From: Octopus vulgaris
Taxonomy: Eukaryota
Direction of reading: 5' to 3'
Assembly (NCBI GenBank): GCA_951406725.2
Contig: OX597819.1
Span: 85,126,001 to 85,190,000 of the forward strand
Length of the DNA stretch: 64,000 bases
Shown: piece after piece, positions 57,585 through 64,000 of the stretch
How the letters are laid out: every line of letters starts with the position of its first letter
How positions within the stretch are numbered: the stretch's first letter is position 1
Made by a program: the position numbers and the translations under genes
The notes under the pieces: generated by a model
Seen by the model: only the letters and a program-made list of their open reading frames with translations
Told to the model about the DNA's origin: nothing
The model's database searches: none

Positions 57585-60440
57585 CAGGGGTCTCCAAAGT
57601 ACGGCCCGCGGGCCGGATTCGGCCCGCAAAGGTTTTTAATCCGGCCCGCCGAGCTGTCCTCCAAAATTATAAAACAAATGTCGAAAAACAAGCCTTGCCG
57701 AAATCATACAAAAACAAATATACTTTACACCCCTTTTAATACGTTTGACACATATAGTACAGCAAATAGACGCAAGACGACGCTAATTGATTTGCCATCA
57801 ATTAATGTCTTTAAATTGCGCCGGCGAATTAAAAATTTATACACTAAACTTTAGTGTAAATATAGGTTCTTTTCCACTCCCCCGTTTTAACTGACCCATC
57901 AGAACCACCATAACATGAATTAACTTCGCTATGGAGCTACCTATCATTCATCTTAGATAATAGGCGATTGTCAGTGAGATGGATGGTGCTGCTTACAATG
58001 AAGCAGAGATTCAATTTCTAGCTTTATTGATGTCGCAGAAAAGTCAACCTATTCCGTCAACTGTCGAGAGAGCAGATACGACAAGTATGACGTTAATAAA
58101 AGTCCCGTGCCTAGTATAATAAAAGAAGACAAATATCGATTTATCGATGTTACCTACATCTCACGAGCGATGAATAGAGAGGGTTGAGCCTGACGTTGTG
58201 TGGTGGTTTCTAATCCTGGTGCAGTCGCCAATCAGCGTGGAGTAAAGTTCGATGCGCATTCCGTCAGTCAGCACAGACTTGGCGTTTTCGTTGTGCACAA
58301 GTGTGAGTCATTTGTCGTCGTCGCTGCCGAAGTGAATGCACGTATCGAGTGACCTGTGAATATTGTTTTTACTTGTTTCGTCCTTTTACATATATCGTCG
58401 AGCAAAATCTGTCGACCCATGGTAAAAATGTTAGCTCAAGGAAGAAAACGAAAAATCGACTCTGAGTGTAGAGTTTTTAAGGAACAATGGAACATAGACT
58501 ATTTTGTCATAGAGTCAAACAACAAGGCACTATGCGTTATATGCACCGACACAATTGCAGTACTTAAAGAGTACAACATTCGGAGACATTATGAAAAAAA
58601 GCATTCATCACAGTACTACCAATTCATTGGACAGCTACGTAAAGAGAAATTTGACAAATTAAAGAAGAATTTATCATCAATGCAGTTTGTTTTCAAGAAG
58701 AAGGCTGTAGAAAAAGAGAGAGCAACAAGAGCAAGCTTCCATGTTGCTAACCTTTTGGCGAAGAAAGGTAAGCCATTTACAGATGGTGAACTTATTAAAA
58801 AGTGCTTGAATGAGGTAGCTAAGGAAATGTGTCCAGAAAACGTAGATTTATTTTCCGCAATTAGTCTTTCTGCGAACACTGTTGCTCGTAGGGTTGAACA
58901 TATTGAAAGAAATATTAAATCACAGCTAAAAGACAAAGCCAGCAAGTTTGTATGCTTTTCTGTTGCACTTGATGAGTCAATTGATGTATCAGACACATCC
59001 CAATTGTTATTGTTCATCAGAGGAATAAATGCCAATTTTGAGATTACTGAGGAACTTGTATCTGTGCACAGCATGCATGGAACAACAACAGGCATAGATA
59101 TTTTTAGAGAAGTGGAAAAGTCAGTGGCTGAGTATAATTTGGAATGGAAAAAACTAAAATGCATAACAACAGATGGTGGCAGAAATATGTGTGGAACCAA
59201 AAAGGGCTTAGTTGGGCAAATTAACAAAGTAATTGAGAATTCCGGTGGATTGAAACCTTTGGTATTGCATTGTATTCTTCATCAGCAAGCACTGTGTGGA
59301 AAGCATCTTGATTTATCATCTGTATTAGATCCTGTGATTTCCACTGTTAACTACATAAGATCTCATGGACTCAAACATCGCAAATTTCGTGATTTCTTGG
59401 AGGAAATGAATGCTGAGTTTCCAGACCTACCTTACTATACTTCAGTAAGATGGCTTAGCTATGGAAAAATTCTGGCTAGATTTTTTGAGCTTCGAACTGA
59501 AATTGAAATATTTTTAAATGAGAAAAACCATTCACAGGTGTTGCTCAAAGACAGTGAATGGCTCTGGAAATTAGCATTTTCAGCCGATTTAACTACGCAT
59601 CTCAATGATTTCAACCTACGGATACAAGGTGAAACTTCACTCATCTGTGATTTGTACTCAAAGGTGAAAGCTTTTCGTAAGAAATTAATACTATTTGAAA
59701 GTCAGTTAACAAGAAGCTGCTTTACTCATTTTTCACGATGTGACAAATATAGACAGGAAGCTGCCACTCCATTTCCAAACTTGTTTGCTCAAGATGTCAT
59801 TTTAGCTTTGAAACAACAGTTTGAAGAACGTTTTTCTGATCTTGATGCATGTTCTTCAAAACTAAGAATTTTTGAAAATCCATTTAACTCTGTTATTGGA
59901 GACTTAACTTCTGAGTTACAAATGGAAGTTATTGATTTGCAATCCAATGACATCCTGAAGGACAAATATAAAGAGGGAAATTTGATTGAATTCTACAAAT
60001 GCCTTCCATCCGACCAATTTCTTCATTTAAGGAGGTTTGCCTGTGAATTCATTTCAGTTTTTGGCACCACATATTTGTGTGAGAAGACTTTTTCAAAGAT
60101 GAAATACACAAAATCCTGCTAAAGATCACAATTGTCTGATGAACATTTAAATGCATTGCTTGTTATTGGAACCACTCATTTTGAACCTCAGTTGGACAAA
60201 ATTTTGTCAGAAATGAAACAATTTCATGTTTCCCCTATTGATCAAAGTTAAAAAAAACATGTTAATTGTTACTGATATTATATACATTGTGATTATGTAC
60301 TGAATAAATAACCTTTTTTAATTATTAATTCACTATTTATTTATATTATTTTGGTAAAATAAATAATTTAGAACCTTGGCCCCCGTAGCTTTAAAAATTC
60401 AGCAATGTGGCCCTCCGCTGGAAAACTTTGGAGACCCCTG
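57585..60440 (+). mobile_element. Full-length hAT DNA transposon, Buster/Charlie/SPIN group
   Basis: Perfect 16-bp TIRs caggggtctccaaagt (57585-57600) / actttggagacccctg (60425-60440); 8-bp TSD gcttagtg (57577-57584, 60441-60448) with central TA. Confidence 0.97.
58419..60251 (+). pseudogene. hAT transposase (SPIN/GTF2IRD2-like) with one premature stop at 60120-60122
   Basis: BED finger CVIC..RRHYEKKH, ALDESIDVSD, TTDGG, CILH, RWLS, YLCEKTFS; after TAA the same frame continues RSQLSDEHL...PIDQS for 42 codons to 60251. Confidence 0.93.
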
Positions 60441-60750
60441 GCTTAGTGGTTAGCGTATTCGGATCACGATCGTAAGCTCGCGAGTTAAATTCTCGGCGAC
60501 GCGTTGAGTCCTTGAGCAAGACACTTTATTTCACGTTGCTCCAGTGCACTCACCAGGCAAGAATGAGTAGTACCTGTATTTCAAAGGGCCAGCCACGTCA
60601 CAATCTGTGTCACGCTGAATCTCCCTGAAAACTACGTTAAGAGTAAGGGTGTCTGTGGAGTGCTCAGCCACTTGCAATTTACTTTCCCGAGCAGGCTGTC
60701 CGTTGATTGGATCAACTGCGACCCTCGTCGTCGTAATCGATAGAGTGCCT
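60441..60750 (+). mobile_element. SINE family C, split by the hAT insertion (5' piece at 57569-57584)
   Basis: Removing the transposon and one TSD restores ggcgcgtggcttagtggttag, as at 9215. Confidence 0.92.
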
Positions 60751-61408
60751 GTTTTTTGCCCTCGCCATAATTTTTGCGAGCAACATTAGTATCTACTATT
60801 TTCTGCCATTTGCATATGTCATTCCATCAAGTAACACGAGTGTATAATTGAAAGAATAATAGCAAAACAATGCTACATTTGCAGCCTGTATTCAGTTTCT
60901 TTGTTTAAATCTTTTATCACGCAAACTTCGTTTACTTTTCGAAAATGAAAACAATTGCTGAAAATTTTTTCCTTCTTAAGAGAAGAAATTTTTCCATCAT
61001 ACATATTGCAAAACAATACTTCATAATCTATGCTGAAAATAATAAGTTCAAATATATTTTAACTATTGTTTTGTCAATCAATCTAATTTTAGGTTTTGTT
61101 CCTTCTTTTAAAAACTATTAATTGATTATTGATAAAAAAAACTTCCCATTGGAGAGAATCTTTATAGAAATGGGTAGGTTAAATATTGAGTAATTCTTTA
61201 TTGTTTTTAATATACTGACCTCGTTATTTTCCATTTTTTTATTGGTAATTCTGAGGAATACTGCGAGGGTCAGGAATAAATGGATGATTAAGATCAAAAG
61301 GAAAGTTAGCTGTATACTGCACGTTCGAATAAGTTTCAATTGTTATCGGTTAAAACTTGACGGGAAAATCTGAGTAAGAAGAGAGTTCGAATTCATACTT
61401 GTTTCTCC

Positions 61409-61451
<43 letters not shown>

Positions 61452-61681
61452 GGACACACAGACGGACAGACGGACAGACAGACAGACAGACACACACACA
61501 CACACACACAATCACTCGCTCACTCACCCAACCAAACATCCATACATTTTCCTTCTAACTAGCTTTCTGAAAAAAAGCCCAAACTTCAAACGTCAAAGAC
61601 ACTTCCACTTTTTTTTATCTCTCGTTGAGTATTGGACTAAGTCCATCTCTTCATTTTGTAATTTTCGTCGTTAATTTCGAA

Positions 61682-62160
<479 letters not shown>

Positions 62161-62559
62161 GTCTATCTGTCTGTCTGTCTGTCTGTCGGTCGGTCGGTCT
62201 CTCTGCCTGTTTATATATAGAAGGTGATCCAGGAATCCATTCCGTTCCTCATTAGGCAAATGTAGAATAGAAGCATATGTTTCGTACAAACTGAAAATTC
62301 AGGAAGTTTTCTTCAATTGCTGAGTATAAAATAAGCAAAAGATAGAAAAACTGATGCCACATTTATTCTTTGATTATAGTTCTTTCAAGAACATTTGGGC
62401 CGAAAAGAAAATCATTTAACAACATGAATATGCACAGTAATTATGGGGCACTAATTTTATATTCAGTATTATAAAGGATGGGCCAAAAGTCACACACCAA
62501 AACATTTGACATTATTATTGTTGCCTTTGCAAAGCTTCTAACGCTGGAGATGTACTACA

Positions 62560-63460
62560 GTGTCAGTTGTTCACTACCAGTGACCAAAGGTAAGGCCTCT
62601 TATTTTTTGAGCAACTTCCGGAGTATTCGAGCGGTTCCGAGCAGTGCTGTTTTCTGCACGTGCTCCACCCTTATTGCAGCCCCTTTTTTATTCCACGTAC
62701 CTCCCGGGACTTTTGCTCACTGTTCCCAGGGTTCCGACAGTTATTGGTACTACTGCTACTCTTTTCATCGACCACAACTGCTTAACTTCCCAAACTAACC
62801 TGTCATATCTCTCGACTTTTCTTTCTTCTTTATCGCATATCTTGTTGTCAGCTGGGCGTGCTATGTCTATGATCCAGCATAGTTTCCTATTCTCAATCTC
62901 ATGGTCGCATTGAATCATAAAATCTCATAGGATCTTTGCATTTCTATTTTCGACAATGCATTCAGGTTTGTGGTCGTACCAATTTTTTGCTCTGTCAAGT
63001 CCATACTTGTTGCAAAGTGTCCAATGGACAAGCCTGGCTATATTGTCGTGGCGTCTCTTATATTACTTCTGGACTAGTGGCGTACATTGGCTTTTAATAT
63101 GTCATACGGTTTCACCGTTTTGTCCACAGATTCTGCACATATCACTTTCTGATGTGCTGTCTATCCTGTATTTTATGTAGTTTGTTCTTAGTGCTTACTC
63201 TTGGGCAGCACATATCAGAGCCTCTGTTTCCGGTTTTAAATCACTTTTAGTCATCCACAGCCATCTTTTTTCTCTGTCTGTCTTATCTTCAACATCCCTG
63301 TGAAATTGACCATGCATTCTTTTCTTTACCCACCTATTTTCAATTTCATTCGTTTTCAATTTCATGTATAGTGCTTTGTCATTGCAATCTTTCATCTTAC
63401 ACAAGCCTGACCTTCCTACTTCTAATAATAGCAGTTCTGTGGCATTTTACATACCATGCT
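62560..63460 (-). mobile_element. R4/Dong-clade LINE 3' fragment (zinc knuckle and RLE endonuclease), decayed
   Basis: MHGQF..LKPETEALICAAQE*ALRTN..CRICGQNGETV*HIKSQC..YKRRHDNIAR..IIDIARPADNKI..KVERY..VVPITVGTLG. Confidence 0.88.
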
Positions 63461-63699
63461 ATGTTGTTTATCATCATCATCATCATCATCATCATTTATT
63501 CTGATCATCATATACAAGTACGTGTGTATTCATTATTATTTTATTTATTTTATTCAATTTTTGAAAAATTGAAACATGTTTTTGACAATTCCATACACAT
63601 CAAAAGTAAAACTAGAAATGCCTTGTAATACGATTTTATTTGTACGAGCAAATAAATCTTGTAGATTCAAAATTGTTGTAATAGTAAAGGCAGTAGCTT

Positions 63700-63985
63700 A
63701 AGTAATATTTTGGCGTGTATTTATTTACGAATAAGATATTCTTCTTTGGCTTTTCGAAAATGCTTATTTTCTGCCCATATTTTTAAACAATAGGAATATT
63801 TCGAATTTTCTTTTGCTACAGTTTTCAAAATGTTCATAACCTAATCTAATAGAGAGATTATGAATTCGCTGCTTATGTACCCTTACTCTCTCATACAATC
63901 CAATACTCGTCTTCCCAATATAGAATTTTTGCATTCTGGGAAAGTAGCACAGTAAATCATGTTTCTCGGTTTGCAACTTTAAAAT
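63700..63985 (-). mobile_element. Penelope-like element GIY-YIG endonuclease fragment
   Basis: SCKPRNMIYCATFPEC, then a frameshift to FYIGKTSIGLYERVRVH. Confidence 0.7.
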
Positions 63986-64000
63986 GGTAGTTTCTTCGTG

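Noticed and set aside
58616-59227. 203-aa antisense ORF
   Set aside because: Shadow of the transposase frame.
58356-60122. Domesticated GTF2IRD2 or ZBED-type host gene
   Set aside because: Intact TIRs and TSD plus a nonsense codon indicate a transposon copy.

Overview
This is AT-rich, microsatellite-dense eukaryotic DNA made almost entirely of repeats; the tRNA-derived SINE families and repeat landscape suggest a cephalopod (Octopus-like) genome, which is inference only. Most listed ORFs are microsatellite artefacts. Supported content: (1) a young full-length Buster/SPIN-type hAT transposon (57585-60440) with perfect 16-bp TIRs, an 8-bp TSD and a transposase broken by one nonsense codon; (2) decayed LINEs of the R4/Dong, HERO, Tx1, CR1-like and RTE types, plus Tc1/mariner relics and MITEs; (3) many copies of four SINE families; (4) a foldback element with telomere-like repeats in its arms. 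The most notable signal is about a dozen type-I hammerhead-ribozyme-like motifs, mostly in (TA)n-associated Penelope-like pLTR remnants with inverted arms, including candidates with compensatory core swaps (G3:C8, U3:A8) and an A6U family. I also see a two-donor templated insertion inside the HERO LINE and a weak chain of phase-compatible minus-strand micro-exons. All folding, translation and alignment was done by eye; no activity or database match was tested.
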